Shown here: positions 35,862-46,593 of the stretch, one piece after another
Layout: every line of letters begins with the position of its first letter
Numbering within the stretch: the stretch's first letter is position 1
NCBI GenBank assembly: GCA_028712505.1
Contig: JAQTQC010000002.1
Coordinates: forward strand, 47,609 to 109,695
From: Candidatus Omnitrophota bacterium
GTDB taxonomy: Bacteria > Omnitrophota > Gorgyraeia > Gygaellales > Profunditerraquicolaceae
Direction of reading: 5' to 3'
Length of the DNA stretch: 62,087 bases
Made by a program: the position numbers and the translations under genes
The notes under the pieces: generated by a model
What the model was told of the DNA's origin: nothing
Seen by the model: the letters and a program-made list of their open reading frames with translations, nothing else
Database searches by the model: none

Positions 35862-36866
35862 TCACTTCACAACTTTCCTGCCTTTGGAATGTTTTTCTTC
35901 TATTTCGCCGACAATCTCTTCTAACAAATCCTCCAGGGTGACTAGCCCCAGAGACTTCTTATCCTTATCTACAATAATGGCAATCTGGATCTTTTCAGTC
36001 TGGAACTTTTTCAAAAGCTCGCTGACACGCATCGACTCCCGGACATAGCAGGCTTCGTGCAGCAAATCCTGCAGCAAAAACAGCCCTTTCTCTCTTAATA
36101 TATAAAGTAAGTCGCGTGCATAAACTATGCCTACGATATTCTCGAGCGAACCGTTATAAACCGGAAGCCGGGCATGCCCCTCTTCCACAAACAGATTAAG
36201 CAGGTCTTCGGAATTAGTGTTGATATCAACCGCTACCATTTTATCTTTAGTGACCATTACATCGCTAAGTTTAGTATCACCAAATTCAAAGATACGGTGG
36301 AGCATCTTACGCTCTTCTTCGCTTAAAACCCCTTCTTCCTTACCCATCTCGATCATTGTACGTAACTCTTCTTCAGTAATCAAGGGAGAGCGCTTAGAAG
36401 CCCCTGCTCCAAAGATCTTAAGTATAAAATTGCTGATACTGATAAAAAATACAATCAGCGGTTTTAAAACCACAACCACGCCTTCCATTATCGGAGCAGT
36501 GATCAACGCTACCTTTTCCGCATGTTTTGCGGAAAGTATTTTCGGAGTCACTTCACAAAAGATAAGCAAAACAATCGTAGTTGCAAAGGTAGAAACAACT
36601 ACTCCCCAGTGATAGCCATAGATCTGAACAAATATCCCGGTCACAATTGAAGAAATAGCGATATTCACCAGATTATTACCGATCAGGATTGCGGCAATTA
36701 CCTTATCCAGCTTAGTTACCACCCGCTGGACACTTTGGGCCCGCTTGACTCCTTTATTCAACATATGGCGCAGGCGTATTTTACTTAAACCGATAATCGA
36801 GGTTTCTGCGGAGGAAAAGAAAAAAGAAACACCGACTAAAAGCAACAAGATCAAAAATATTATCAT
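35862..36866 (-). CDS. CNNM/DUF21 + CBS-pair membrane protein (CorB/TlyC-like) lacking the CorC_HlyC domain
   Basis: An N-terminal 4-TM DUF21 domain (SSAETSI...), then a CBS pair. It ends right after the CBS domains. Confidence 0.8.
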   Translation of the reverse strand: MIIFLILLLLVGVSFFFSSAETSIIGLSKIRLRHMLNKGVKRAQSVQRVVTKLDKVIAAILIGNNLVNIAISSIVTGIFVQIYGYHWGVVVSTFATTIVLLIFCEVTPKILSAKHAEKVALITAPIMEGVVVVLKPLIVFFISISNFILKIFGAGASKRSPLITEEELRTMIEMGKEEGVLSEEERKMLHRIFEFGDTKLSDVMVTKDKMVAVDINTNSEDLLNLFVEEGHARLPVYNGSLENIVGIVYARDLLYILREKGLFLLQDLLHEACYVRESMRVSELLKKFQTEKIQIAIIVDKDKKSLGLVTLEDLLEEIVGEIEEKHSKGRKVVK

Positions 36867-36868
36867 CT

Positions 36869-38152
36869 TTATCCTAAGTTAAGTTTGGAATAAATATTCT
36901 TCCTATCTTTTTCTAACGGGCCGATCAAGGCCAAATTTATCTTCTGGCGCTTAAATACCTGCTGCGCAACCAGACGTAAATCCTTAATATCGACTTTATT
37001 TACCTCTCTGATAACATCCTCCAACGTATATACTTTATCCAGACAGGCCATACTCTCACCCATCCAAAGCATGTACTCCATAGTATCCTCTAAAGCCAAC
37101 ATCAATTGGCCCAGATAAAACTCTTTTGCCCGTTTAAATTCGTCAACGGTTACCGGCTTATTTTTCACTTTTTCTAATTCTTTGAAGATTAATTCCAAAC
37201 AAGGAGCAACCTTGCGGTTATCTATGCCAGCATGGACCAGGAATGCGCCAGTATCATGATAACGCTTAATTCCCGTGCCGATTTCATAAGCCAGGCCTCT
37301 TTTTTCCCTTACCTCATTAAAAAGACGGCTGGACATATTAGCACCCAAAATTATATGCAAAAGGGACTGGGCATGTCTCAGAGGATGATCGCGTTTTAAA
37401 CCATGAAACCCCAAAGCCATATGCGTCTGCTCAGTGGCTTTATGAAAAATCTCAAGTTGTTTTTCGCTTTGGGATTCCTTAACAGCGGCAAAAGCGTTTA
37501 CGCCTCCGGGATTCATATTGCCGAAGATATCCGAGACCTTTTTTACCAGCAAATCGTGATCGATTGATCCTGCAGCGCTAATTACAATATTAGCGGGAGT
37601 ATAGTGCATACCCTGGAAACAACTTAAATTATCCCGGGTGATGCCCTTGACTGACTTAACCGTCCCGATTACCGGCGAGCCGAGCGCCTGTTTTGGCCAA
37701 AGGAGTGCATCCAAGAGTTCATAAACATAGCTCTGCGGAAGATCCCTGTACATTTTTAATTCTTCCAGGATAACTGTTCTTTCTTTCCGGATATCCTCCT
37801 GTTTTAATCGCGGAGCAACCACCATGTCGGATAAGATATCCAAAGCCTTGACTAAATAACGACTGGGAATTTTGACCAGATAACAGGTAAGTTCTTCGGA
37901 AGTAAAACCGTTTAAAGCTCCCCCCACTCCCTCAATCGATTCCTTGATTGCCCGGCAGGAGTATTTGTTACTGCCCTTAAAAAGCAAATGTTCCAGGTAA
38001 TGCGAAATACCCTTACTGGCTTCCGGTTCATAACGGCCGCCGATATTGATCCAAATACCTAAAGAAAGACTGCTTACGCCGCTTAAGCGCTTAGTGATAA
38101 TCCTTAAACCGTTGGCTAACTTACTTTTTCTGTACATTAAACCTTTCCACAA
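36869..38152 (-). CDS. M16-family zinc peptidase (insulinase-like)
   Basis: Has the HxxEH motif HYLEHLLFKG. An alternative start at M6 (38137) would reduce the overlap with trpA. Confidence 0.85.
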   Translation of the reverse strand: MWKGLMYRKSKLANGLRIITKRLSGVSSLSLGIWINIGGRYEPEASKGISHYLEHLLFKGSNKYSCRAIKESIEGVGGALNGFTSEELTCYLVKIPSRYLVKALDILSDMVVAPRLKQEDIRKERTVILEELKMYRDLPQSYVYELLDALLWPKQALGSPVIGTVKSVKGITRDNLSCFQGMHYTPANIVISAAGSIDHDLLVKKVSDIFGNMNPGGVNAFAAVKESQSEKQLEIFHKATEQTHMALGFHGLKRDHPLRHAQSLLHIILGANMSSRLFNEVREKRGLAYEIGTGIKRYHDTGAFLVHAGIDNRKVAPCLELIFKELEKVKNKPVTVDEFKRAKEFYLGQLMLALEDTMEYMLWMGESMACLDKVYTLEDVIREVNKVDIKDLRLVAQQVFKRQKINLALIGPLEKDRKNIYSKLNLG

Positions 38153-38915
38153 AGCTGCCCACTCTTTTGACTAAATCATTACGGGTGATATTCTGCCGGA
38201 TATTATTTACAATAGCACTGCCGACAATCCCTCCGTCGCAGATTTTCTGCACCTCGTTTAACTGCTTGGCGTCAGATATACCAAAACCCGCACAAACAGG
38301 GATACGCGCTACTCTTTTAATCCTGGCCAGATTATTCTTTAAATCGGCTGCCAGGCTCTTGCGACTTCCGGTAACCCCGGTCAAAGCAACATAATAAATA
38401 AAACCTTTGGAGATTTTAGATATTGTTTTTATCCGGCTCAGCGAACTGGTGGGCGCAAGAAAACAAATATTAGCCAGCCCCTTCTTATTAGCATGCTTAA
38501 TGAATTCCCTGGCTTCCTCAGGAGGCAGGTCGGGGATGATCACCCCGTCAACCCCAACCGCTACCGCTTCATCTATGAAATTCTTATCACCCAAACAGAA
38601 TATGGGGTTGTAGTAACTCATCAGGCAAATCGGCAAGTCAGTAGATTTACGCAGGCATTTTACCAAATCCAGGATCTTCGGAAGGTTAGTTTTTTTCTTA
38701 AGCGAATATATGGATGCCTCCTGAATTACCGGACCATCGGCTAAAGGGTCAGAAAAAGGAACTCCCAACTCAATGATATCAACTCCCTTTTTCTCAAGCT
38801 CTAAGACAAGTTTGGCTGTTACAGCCAGGCTGGGATATCCAGCGGTAATAAAAGCGATAAAGGCCTTCTTATTTTTCTTCTTGAGCTCGATAAATTTTTT
38901 ATTGATACGATTCAT
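38121..38915 (-). CDS. trpA: tryptophan synthase alpha chain
   Basis: TrpA sequence ([25 protein letters not shown]). The start is set at the internal ATG at 38915. Confidence 0.9.
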   Translation of the reverse strand: MNRINKKFIELKKKNKKAFIAFITAGYPSLAVTAKLVLELEKKGVDIIELGVPFSDPLADGPVIQEASIYSLKKKTNLPKILDLVKCLRKSTDLPICLMSYYNPIFCLGDKNFIDEAVAVGVDGVIIPDLPPEEAREFIKHANKKGLANICFLAPTSSLSRIKTISKISKGFIYYVALTGVTGSRKSLAADLKNNLARIKRVARIPVCAGFGISDAKQLNEVQKICDGGIVGSAIVNNIRQNITRNDLVKRVGSFVERFNVQKK

Positions 38916-40083
38916 GTAGATCCTTATCCCCTCTTCCAGAAAGGCAAACAATGACCACTGAGTCTTTCTTGATATTCTTTCTTAATTTCTTCAAATAGGC
39001 AATGGCGTGGGCTGACTCTAACGCCGGGATAATCCCTTCAATCTCTGATAACAGCTTAAATCCTTCCAGTGCCTCTTTATCGTTAATCGCCACATAAACA
39101 GCTCTCTTAATCTCGTTATAATAAGCATGCTCCGGACCAACACCCGGATAATCCAGTCCGGCAGCCACAGAATGCGTATTATTGATCTGGCCGAATTTAT
39201 CCTCCAGAACATCGGATTTGCAGCCATGCAGGACTCCGGGAAACCCGCCTAAGACGCTGGCGGAATGTTTTCCTGAAGATAGGCCTAAACCCGCGGCTTC
39301 CACACCGATCATCTTTACCGTTTTATCCTTAAAAAAAGGATAGAACAACCCCATAGCATTGCTGCCGCCGCCAACACAAGCTACCAGGTAATCCGGCAGC
39401 CGTTTTTCTTTTTTTAAAACCTGCTGTTTTGCCTCTTTGCCGATTATCGACTGGAAATCACGCACCATAGCCGGATACGGATGCGGACCGGCGACCGTGC
39501 CAATGATATAATAAGTGTTACGCACATTAGTTACCCAATCACGCAAGGCCTCGGTCATCGCGTCTTTTAAAGTCCTGGTTCCGCTTTCAACTGGAACTAC
39601 CCTTGCACCCAATAGCTTCATCCGCAAAACATTTAAAGCCTGACGCTGGATATCCTCCGTACCCATATAGATATCGCATTCCAAACCGAATAATGCCGCA
39701 ACCGTAGCTGTAGCTACTCCGTGCTGGCCGGCGCCTGTTTCAGCGATCACCCTCTTCTTCCCCATCCTCCTGGCTAGAATTACCTGGCCCAGGGTATTAT
39801 TTATTTTATGGGCACCGGTATGTAAAAGATCTTCTCTTTTTAAGTAAACCTTTCTTATCCCGAGATATTTACTTAAATTCTCAGCCAGATATAAAGGGGT
39901 CGGCCGTCCGGCGTATTCACTAAGGTAGGAGGATAATTCTTTACGGAATGCTTTGTCTTTTTTAGCTGCCAGATATTCTTTTTCTAATGCATCCAAGGCA
40001 AAGATCAGCGTCTCAGGAACAAACCTGCCCCCGAAACTTCCGAAATGCCCGGTCCTATCTGGTACAATTTTATTAGAAAACAC
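38899..40083 (-). CDS. trpB: tryptophan synthase beta chain
   Basis: Has the PLP-lysine motif HTGAHKINN. The start is set at the GTG at 40081-40083, 6 nt after GGGGAGGG. The ORF-track N-terminal 35 aa overlap trpF and are not TrpB-like. Confidence 0.9.
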   Translation of the reverse strand: MFSNKIVPDRTGHFGSFGGRFVPETLIFALDALEKEYLAAKKDKAFRKELSSYLSEYAGRPTPLYLAENLSKYLGIRKVYLKREDLLHTGAHKINNTLGQVILARRMGKKRVIAETGAGQHGVATATVAALFGLECDIYMGTEDIQRQALNVLRMKLLGARVVPVESGTRTLKDAMTEALRDWVTNVRNTYYIIGTVAGPHPYPAMVRDFQSIIGKEAKQQVLKKEKRLPDYLVACVGGGSNAMGLFYPFFKDKTVKMIGVEAAGLGLSSGKHSASVLGGFPGVLHGCKSDVLEDKFGQINNTHSVAAGLDYPGVGPEHAYYNEIKRAVYVAINDKEALEGFKLLSEIEGIIPALESAHAIAYLKKLRKNIKKDSVVIVCLSGRGDKDLHESYQ

Positions 40084-40108
40084 CTTGAACCCTCCCCTAA
40101 CTTTCAAA

Positions 40109-40720
40109 CTATCTGACAGCCTGAATGAATTTCTTAATCTTCTTGATATCCTTTTTCCCCGGCGCTCTTTCCAATGCGCTGGAAACATCGACCCAGTCGG
40201 GTTTTAATAATTTAATCGCCTTAGCTACATTAGCAGCAGTTAAGCCGCCGGAAAGAAAAACCGGTTTCTTTATTTTATCCAGTTTTTTTAATAAATGCCA
40301 GTTAAACTTTTTACCTGTGCCCCCGGGAAGCTTCTTTGAATAAGAGTCAAAAAGACAGCCGCAGCCCTTATACTCTGATATTTTAGCTAAATCCAACCCC
40401 TCCTTGACCGAAAAGGCTTTAATGATCTTGCAGCCTTTGAATTTACGACAATACCCGGAAGATTCATTTCCGTGAAACTGTAGCATATCCAAACTACAAA
40501 GCCTGGCGGTTTTCTTGACGGTTTTAATATCCTCATCAACAAAAACCCCCACGCGCATAATCTTTTTAGGCAGAATACGCGCGATGTTGCGGGCTTTGAG
40601 CGGACTGATATAGCGGGGGCTCTTTTTATAAAAAACAAAACCTATCGCATCTGCTCCACTGAATAAAGACGCCAGGGCATCCTCTAAATTAGTTATCCCG
40701 CAAATTTTTATTTTTACCAA
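40109..40720 (-). CDS. trpF: phosphoribosylanthranilate isomerase
   Basis: Starts [10 protein letters not shown] with a typical PRAI sequence. Lies in trp operon context. Confidence 0.9.
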   Translation of the reverse strand: MVKIKICGITNLEDALASLFSGADAIGFVFYKKSPRYISPLKARNIARILPKKIMRVGVFVDEDIKTVKKTARLCSLDMLQFHGNESSGYCRKFKGCKIIKAFSVKEGLDLAKISEYKGCGCLFDSYSKKLPGGTGKKFNWHLLKKLDKIKKPVFLSGGLTAANVAKAIKLLKPDWVDVSSALERAPGKKDIKKIKKFIQAVR

Positions 40721-41502
40721 CCCATTACCTCTTCCACTTTCTTCTTCACATCTTCAACTTCCATAAAAGCTGTACCGATCAATACAGCGCTTGCTCCCAG
40801 GATTTTCAAGAACAGGATATCCTGGTAATTTTTAATCCCGCTTTCCACAACCACCACCTTATCCCTGGGGATCAAGGTGAATAACTTTTCCGTGGTTTTA
40901 AAATCAACTTCAAGGGTATGCAGATTGCGGTTATTTATCCCGATAATCGGGACTTTCAGATTAAGCACTTTTTTCAGCTCTTTCTCGTCATGCACTTCCA
41001 CCAGATAATCCATGCCTAAGCTATCGGCAACCTGCATTAATTCAACCAGTTTATCTTTAGACAATAAATCTGCGATCAATAAAACCGCATCTGCGCCCAA
41101 ATAACGCGACTCATATATCTGATAGCTTTCCAAAATAAAATCTTTTCTTAAAACCGGAACGGTAGTTATATTCTTTACCTCATTGATATAAAGCGGGTTC
41201 CCGGCGAAGAAATCCTCCTCAGTCAATACAGAAACTGCCTGTACCCCGGCTTCCTGATAACTCCGGGCTATCTCCGGCAAGTTAAAATTCTGACGGATCA
41301 ACCCCTTGGAAGGCGAAGATTGTTTTATTTCAGCGATAAGCGAAATCTGCCTCGGCTTGCTGATTGCCTCCTTGAAAGGTCGACAGCCAGCCAACCCGGC
41401 AACCCTTGCCTTCAAGTCATCCTCGGGTAACTGTTGTTTAGATAAGACGATCCTCTCTCTTTTCTTTGCCACAATCTCTTTTAAGGTATCAACTTTAGCC
41501 AT
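40714..41502 (-). CDS. trpC: indole-3-glycerol phosphate synthase
   Basis: IGPS sequence (IAEIKQSSPSKG, LRKDFI, GINNRNL). Confidence 0.92.
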   Translation of the reverse strand: MAKVDTLKEIVAKKRERIVLSKQQLPEDDLKARVAGLAGCRPFKEAISKPRQISLIAEIKQSSPSKGLIRQNFNLPEIARSYQEAGVQAVSVLTEEDFFAGNPLYINEVKNITTVPVLRKDFILESYQIYESRYLGADAVLLIADLLSKDKLVELMQVADSLGMDYLVEVHDEKELKKVLNLKVPIIGINNRNLHTLEVDFKTTEKLFTLIPRDKVVVVESGIKNYQDILFLKILGASAVLIGTAFMEVEDVKKKVEEVMGW

Positions 41503-42511
41503 TTTGATGTGTATACTCCTTTAATAACTGCAGTTTATTCAAGGCCGCTTTCGAATCAATTGATTTTTCAGCCAGATTTATCCCTTCAGCAATACTATTA
41601 GTTTTATCGGCGGCATAAATTGCGCAAGCGGAATTCAATATGACGATATCCCTGGCTCTTCCCTTTTTACCATCCAATACATCTTGAACGATTTTAACAT
41701 TCTCCGCGATAGAACCCCCGCTTAAATCACCTGACTTGGCCCTGGATATTCCAAACTCCTCCGGAGTTATTTCATAATCTTTCAATACTCCTGCCTTTAT
41801 CTCTGAAACAAAGGTTTTATCGACAGTAGTTACCTCATCCAAACCATCCGCGCCATGCACCACTAAGACATGCTTAGAACCTAAATTATACAAAACCTGA
41901 GCCAGGGACCTGGTCCATTCCCGGGAGTACACCCCGATTAACTGGTTAGTTGCCCGCGCCGGGTTAATCAACGGCCCCAGGATATTAAACATGGTTTTAC
42001 CGGCGATTTGCTTTCTTGCCGGCATCACATTTTTCATTGCCGGATGCAGATTCGGAGCAAATAAAAAAGCAATCCCAATCTCTTTAAGGCATTTCTTTAT
42101 TTTCCCTTTATCCATATTGATATCTACGCCTAAAGCTTCTAAGATATCCGCGCTGCCGCATTTACTGGAAACTGAACGGTTGCCGTGCTTGGCAACAGTG
42201 ATCCCGGCTCCGCTGGCAACCAAAGCAGTAACTGTTGAAATATTAAAGGTCCCCTTCTTATCCCCTCCGGTCCCGCAGGTATCTAAGATGTTCTGGCTAT
42301 CCAGGACAATCGGCTCGACATATTTGAGCATTTCATTTACTGCCACAGTCAATTCCCCGACTGTTTCTCCTTTTTCATTCAAAGAAGTAAGGAAATTGAT
42401 GATGTCGGCGGTTTCGGTTGCGCCACTTAAGATCTCCCGCATCACCTGCTGCATCTCTTGAGCAGTTAGATCTTTTTTACCAACCAGTTGTTTTATCAGG
42501 TCTTTGATCAT
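41495..42511 (-). CDS. trpD: anthranilate phosphoribosyltransferase
   Basis: Carries the [15 protein letters not shown] and [15 protein letters not shown] motifs. Confidence 0.93.
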   Translation of the reverse strand: MIKDLIKQLVGKKDLTAQEMQQVMREILSGATETADIINFLTSLNEKGETVGELTVAVNEMLKYVEPIVLDSQNILDTCGTGGDKKGTFNISTVTALVASGAGITVAKHGNRSVSSKCGSADILEALGVDINMDKGKIKKCLKEIGIAFLFAPNLHPAMKNVMPARKQIAGKTMFNILGPLINPARATNQLIGVYSREWTRSLAQVLYNLGSKHVLVVHGADGLDEVTTVDKTFVSEIKAGVLKDYEITPEEFGISRAKSGDLSGGSIAENVKIVQDVLDGKKGRARDIVILNSACAIYAADKTNSIAEGINLAEKSIDSKAALNKLQLLKEYTHQNG

Positions 42512-43074
42512 TTCAGCTTGATAAAGTTATCCAGTATCTGTTTACCGCTTTTCGTAAGTATAGACTCCGGATGAAATTGCACCCCCCAAACAGGATAAGC
42601 CTTATGCTTTAACCCCATGATCTCATCTTCAGCAGTATGAGCGGTTATTTCCAGGGTATCAGGCAAACTCTTACCTTCAACCAATAAAGAGTGATAACGA
42701 GTAGCTAAGAATGGGTTGGGTATACCCTTAAAGATATCTTTTTTATTATGGTAGATCTTTGAAGTCTTGCCGTGCATCAGCCGCCTGGCTCCCACAACCT
42801 TAGCTCCAAAAACATAACCGATTGCCTGATGCCCAAGGCAAACTCCCAGGATAGGGATCTTACCGCTGAAAGCGCGGATAATCTCGCAGGAAATCCCTGC
42901 GTCCTCCGGTCTGCCCGGGCCGGGAGATATGACAATTTTCTCCGGATTAAGTTTTTTTATATCACTGATACTCAAGGCATCGTTGCGATAAACTAAAACC
43001 CGCGCCCCCAACTCACCTAGATATTGCACAAGGTTATAAGTAAAAGAATCATAATTATCAATCATCAAGATCAT
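42508..43074 (-). CDS. trpG: anthranilate synthase component II (glutamine amidotransferase; TrpG/PabA)
   Basis: Class I GATase ([23 protein letters not shown]). The start is set at the ATG overlapping the murA stop as ATGA. Confidence 0.88.
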   Translation of the reverse strand: MILMIDNYDSFTYNLVQYLGELGARVLVYRNDALSISDIKKLNPEKIVISPGPGRPEDAGISCEIIRAFSGKIPILGVCLGHQAIGYVFGAKVVGARRLMHGKTSKIYHNKKDIFKGIPNPFLATRYHSLLVEGKSLPDTLEITAHTAEDEIMGLKHKAYPVWGVQFHPESILTKSGKQILDNFIKLK

Positions 43075-44333
43075 TCTTTTTCTCTCCAAACTTTTGCCCC
43101 CAGGTTAATCAATTTCTCCTCGATATTCTCATATCCGCGCTCCAGATGATAAATCCTGGAAATAGATGTCTTGCCGCGGGCAGCCAAGCCAGCCAGCACC
43201 AGACAGGCGGATGCGCGCAAATCAGAAGCCATAACCGGAGCCCCGGATAAAATCTTAACCCCTTCAACGATAGCATGCGGTCCTTCCCTTTGGATATGCG
43301 CGCCCATACGGTTGAGCTCTGATACATGCATAAACCTATCGGGATAAATCTTCTCGGTAATCACGCTTATTCCCGGAGTAACTGACATCAAGCTCATCAT
43401 CTGAGCCTGCATATCAGTAGGGAAACCCGGATACGGAAGCGTAGTGATATTTACAGATTTCAATCGCTTATTCCCTTTGACCCGCAAGGAACCGTCGCCG
43501 CGTTCTATCTGCGCCCCTGCCTCATGCAATTTATCGAGCAAAGAACCCAAATGCTGATATTGCACATTTTTAATCAAGATATCTCCTCCGGTAACCAGGG
43601 AAGCTAAAATCAAGGTACCGGCTTCAATACGGTCGGGAATTATAGAATGGGTCGCCCCGTGTAAATGCTTAACCCCCTCTATTTCAATGACCGGAGTACC
43701 GTGTCCTTTAATCTTTGCACCCATTTTAATTAAAAACTCCGCCAAATCCGCTACCTCCGGCTCGCAGGCCGCGGATTCGATCACGGTCTTTCCGTTTGCC
43801 AAAACCGCAGCCATCATTACATTGTCGGTAGCTAAAACTGATGAACCATATACGCCGCCTAGATAAACATACGCTCCTTTTAATTTATTTGTCTTGGCAA
43901 TGACATATCCTGAATCAATACTTATGTCAGCCCCTAAAGCCTTGATACCTTTAAGATGCAAGTCTACCGGCCGCACACCGATAACACAGCCTCCAGGAAG
44001 AGAAACCTTGGCCTTTTTAAGTTTCCCCAGCAGCGGCCCCAGGACACAGAAAGAAGCGCGCATAGTAGAAACTAGCTTATATTCAGCGATATAATTTCCG
44101 GTTTTTCCCGCGCAGATACTTACCCTGCCCTTATCGAGCTCGGCAACTTTTCCTAACGCCCGTAAAATCTTGAGCATGCTATTAGTATCACGCAGGTTCG
44201 GCACCCCCTTAATCACACAAGGCTCATCGGTAAGCAAGCTTGCCGCTAAAATCGGCAGCACCGCGTTTTTTGCCCCGGATATGGTAACCTCTCCTTTTAA
44301 TCTAGCTCCACCTTCAATGACCAATTTATCCAT
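43071..44333 (-). CDS. murA: UDP-N-acetylglucosamine 1-carboxyvinyltransferase
   Basis: MurA sequence with the active-site region [15 protein letters not shown]. Confidence 0.95.
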   Translation of the reverse strand: MDKLVIEGGARLKGEVTISGAKNAVLPILAASLLTDEPCVIKGVPNLRDTNSMLKILRALGKVAELDKGRVSICAGKTGNYIAEYKLVSTMRASFCVLGPLLGKLKKAKVSLPGGCVIGVRPVDLHLKGIKALGADISIDSGYVIAKTNKLKGAYVYLGGVYGSSVLATDNVMMAAVLANGKTVIESAACEPEVADLAEFLIKMGAKIKGHGTPVIEIEGVKHLHGATHSIIPDRIEAGTLILASLVTGGDILIKNVQYQHLGSLLDKLHEAGAQIERGDGSLRVKGNKRLKSVNITTLPYPGFPTDMQAQMMSLMSVTPGISVITEKIYPDRFMHVSELNRMGAHIQREGPHAIVEGVKILSGAPVMASDLRASACLVLAGLAARGKTSISRIYHLERGYENIEEKLINLGAKVWREKE

Positions 44334-45123
44334 TTTTTAATAATCCTTTTTTAGCCATAACTATACGTTCGATACTACTATAGTCCCTGGCCGAAGATAG
44401 ATGATTAAAACCTTCCCTTTCAAGCAACCCTTTGACAAGATCAGCCTGACCCAACCCAACTTCGAAGATCAATAATCCTTCTCCCCTCAAATAAGATCCT
44501 GCCTGAGAAATTATGCGACGGTAGAAATCTAAACCATCCTTTCCTGCTTTTAAAGCCACTTGCGGTTCAAAAAATATCTCTTTAGCTAAAGAGCCGAAAT
44601 CCCTGTCTGATATATAAGGTGGGTTGCTGATGATCAGGTCAAATTTCTCGCCCTTAAGCTCTAACGCAGAGAAAATATCACTCCGCAGGAATTTAACCTC
44701 CACCTTATTTAAATCGGCATTCTCCTGAGCTAGCTGCAAAGCCGCATCCGATACATCGCTTGCCCAAACATCGGCGGACTTAAGGTTTTTAGCCAGAGCT
44801 ACGGCAATGCAGCCTGACCCTGTTCCAAGATCCAGTATCTTAGGCCAGACAATACCATCCTGCCTTAATTTTTCGATAGCCATCTCCACCAGGATTTCTG
44901 TTTCCGGGCGGGGAATCAAGGCACGATTATCCACTCTAAATTTAAATCCCATGAATTCGGTTTCGCCCAGTATATACTGCACCGGTTCGCCAAGCATCCT
45001 GCGTTTTAATATCGAAGACAACAGTGCAGATTTATCCCCGTTTAACTTTAGATCCTTATTTAAATACAAAGATAGACGGTCACAATTTAAGACATGGGTC
45101 AAAACTAATTCAGCTTCGTTCAC
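44326..45123 (-). CDS. prmC: release factor glutamine N5-methyltransferase
   Basis: SAM-binding motif LDLGTGSG and an NPPY motif. It lies downstream of prfA. Confidence 0.9.
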   Translation of the reverse strand: MNEAELVLTHVLNCDRLSLYLNKDLKLNGDKSALLSSILKRRMLGEPVQYILGETEFMGFKFRVDNRALIPRPETEILVEMAIEKLRQDGIVWPKILDLGTGSGCIAVALAKNLKSADVWASDVSDAALQLAQENADLNKVEVKFLRSDIFSALELKGEKFDLIISNPPYISDRDFGSLAKEIFFEPQVALKAGKDGLDFYRRIISQAGSYLRGEGLLIFEVGLGQADLVKGLLEREGFNHLSSARDYSSIERIVMAKKGLLKNG

Positions 45124-46174
45124 TTTTCTTTTCTTCCTCTGCCTTGAGGAGGGCCTCAGTCAACTCATCCATCTGGCCTTCCAAAATAGCCTCTAATTGA
45201 TGCGAAGTAAAATTAATCCTGTGGTCAGTAACCCGGCGGTCAGGGAAATTATAAGTACGGATTTTCTCGCTGCGGTCACCGGTACCTATCTGAGTTTTCC
45301 GGGCACTGGACAACCTCTTTGCCTCTGCCTCTATTTTAGTCTCTAAGATACGCGCGCGCAAGACTCTCATCGCCTTTGCTTTATTTTTTATCTGCGAACG
45401 CTCATCCTGGCAGGCAACCACAGTACCGGTCGGTATATGTGTAATCCTTACCGCTGAATCGGTCTTTTGCATATGCTGGCCGCCTGGCCCGCTTGAACGA
45501 TATGTATCTATTCTTAGATCTTTGGGCTCAATCACTAAATCAACCTCTTCCGGTTCAACCAAGACCGCCACTGTAGCGGTAGAGGTATGAATGCGACCCT
45601 GCGCCTCAGTAGTCGGAACCCGCTGCACACGGTGAACTCCGCTCTCAAATTTCAAGCAACGAAAGGCATCTTTGCCTTTTACGCTAAAAGTAATTTCTTT
45701 GATCCCGCCGGCTTCATTGGTACTGGCAAGCATCGGCTCAAGGGTCCAGCCCTTGTTATCCGCATATTTAGAATACATCCGGTAAAGATCCGCCGCAAAT
45801 AGCCCAGCCTCATCACCACCCGTACCCTGTCTGATTTCAATAATGCAGGCACGGCCGGCATCCTTATCCTCTCCGGCAAGCATTTTCTTCAGCTTGAGCT
45901 CTATATCTGCCTTTCTGGCATCCAAATCCTTGATCTCCTGCTGCACTAGCTCATGATAATCCTCATCATGCTTCTGAAGTAATACCTCTTCGAGATCCTG
46001 AGATTCCTTAAGCAGGCTTTTAAGCTCGCGATACAAGACTACCGCGGATTTTAAATCCGAAAGCTCTTTGGCCAATTTATTATATTGCTGCCTGTCGGCA
46101 ATCAGTTCATGGCTGGCTAAAAGCTGCTCCAGCTCCTGATAGCGAGCCGACATCTTTTCTAGCTGTTCATTCAT
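45110..46174 (-). CDS. prfA: peptide chain release factor 1
   Basis: Has a GGQ motif ([11 protein letters not shown]) and an RF1-type PxT tripeptide region (RVPTTE). Confidence 0.95.
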   Translation of the reverse strand: MNEQLEKMSARYQELEQLLASHELIADRQQYNKLAKELSDLKSAVVLYRELKSLLKESQDLEEVLLQKHDEDYHELVQQEIKDLDARKADIELKLKKMLAGEDKDAGRACIIEIRQGTGGDEAGLFAADLYRMYSKYADNKGWTLEPMLASTNEAGGIKEITFSVKGKDAFRCLKFESGVHRVQRVPTTEAQGRIHTSTATVAVLVEPEEVDLVIEPKDLRIDTYRSSGPGGQHMQKTDSAVRITHIPTGTVVACQDERSQIKNKAKAMRVLRARILETKIEAEAKRLSSARKTQIGTGDRSEKIRTYNFPDRRVTDHRINFTSHQLEAILEGQMDELTEALLKAEEEKKSERS

Positions 46175-46256
46175 GGTTTAGACCTTGATGACAATATCTT
46201 TATAAGCCTATCCTTGCTGTACTGTTCCACAAAACAAGGCAGTACGACCGGCAAGA

Positions 46257-46276
46257 ATAAATTATGGCTTCATTTA
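46257..46276 (-). repeat. 20-nt repeat spanning the rpmE stop codon (copy 1)
   Basis: ataaattatggcttcattta is identical to 46574-46593. The minus strand reads TAA-ATG-AAG-CCA-TAA-TTTAT. Confidence 0.9.
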
Positions 46277-46474
46277 CTTTTTACCATACTTCTTCATAAA
46301 CTTATCTACGCGGCCGGCAGAATCCACTAACTTTTGTTTTCCGGTAAAGAACGGATGACACTTCGAGCAGATTTCGACACGGATACTCGGCTTTGTTGAA
46401 CGGGTATGCACTGTCTCTCCGCAAGCACAGATGATGGTACTATCTTTGTAATTAGGATGTATCTTCTCTTTCAT
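46274..46474 (-). CDS. rpmE: 50S ribosomal protein L31 (Zn-binding type A)
   Basis: Starts MKEKIHPNY and has CAC...[10 protein letters not shown]. The start is set at the ATG at 46474, preceded by AAAGGAG. The ORF-track extension is not L31-like. Confidence 0.9.
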   Translation of the reverse strand: MKEKIHPNYKDSTIICACGETVHTRSTKPSIRVEICSKCHPFFTGKQKLVDSAGRVDKFMKKYGKK

Positions 46475-46573
46475 TTTGTTGCTCCTTTCGATAATTATTA
46501 TTAACAATACCCTTGCTCGCACCTGCTCGCAAGGGTAAATTCAGCCAATAATTTATGTCGCGCTTTGCGCTCC

Positions 46574-46593
46574 ATAAATTATGGCTTCATTTA
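46574..46593 (-). repeat. 20-nt repeat spanning the rho stop codon (copy 2)
   Basis: Identical to 46257-46276. Confidence 0.9.

Noticed and set aside
35812-36048. 78-aa plus-strand ORF starting inside the intergenic repeat
   Set aside because: It starts within the conserved repeat element and runs antisense into the CNNM gene, so it is not credible as coding.
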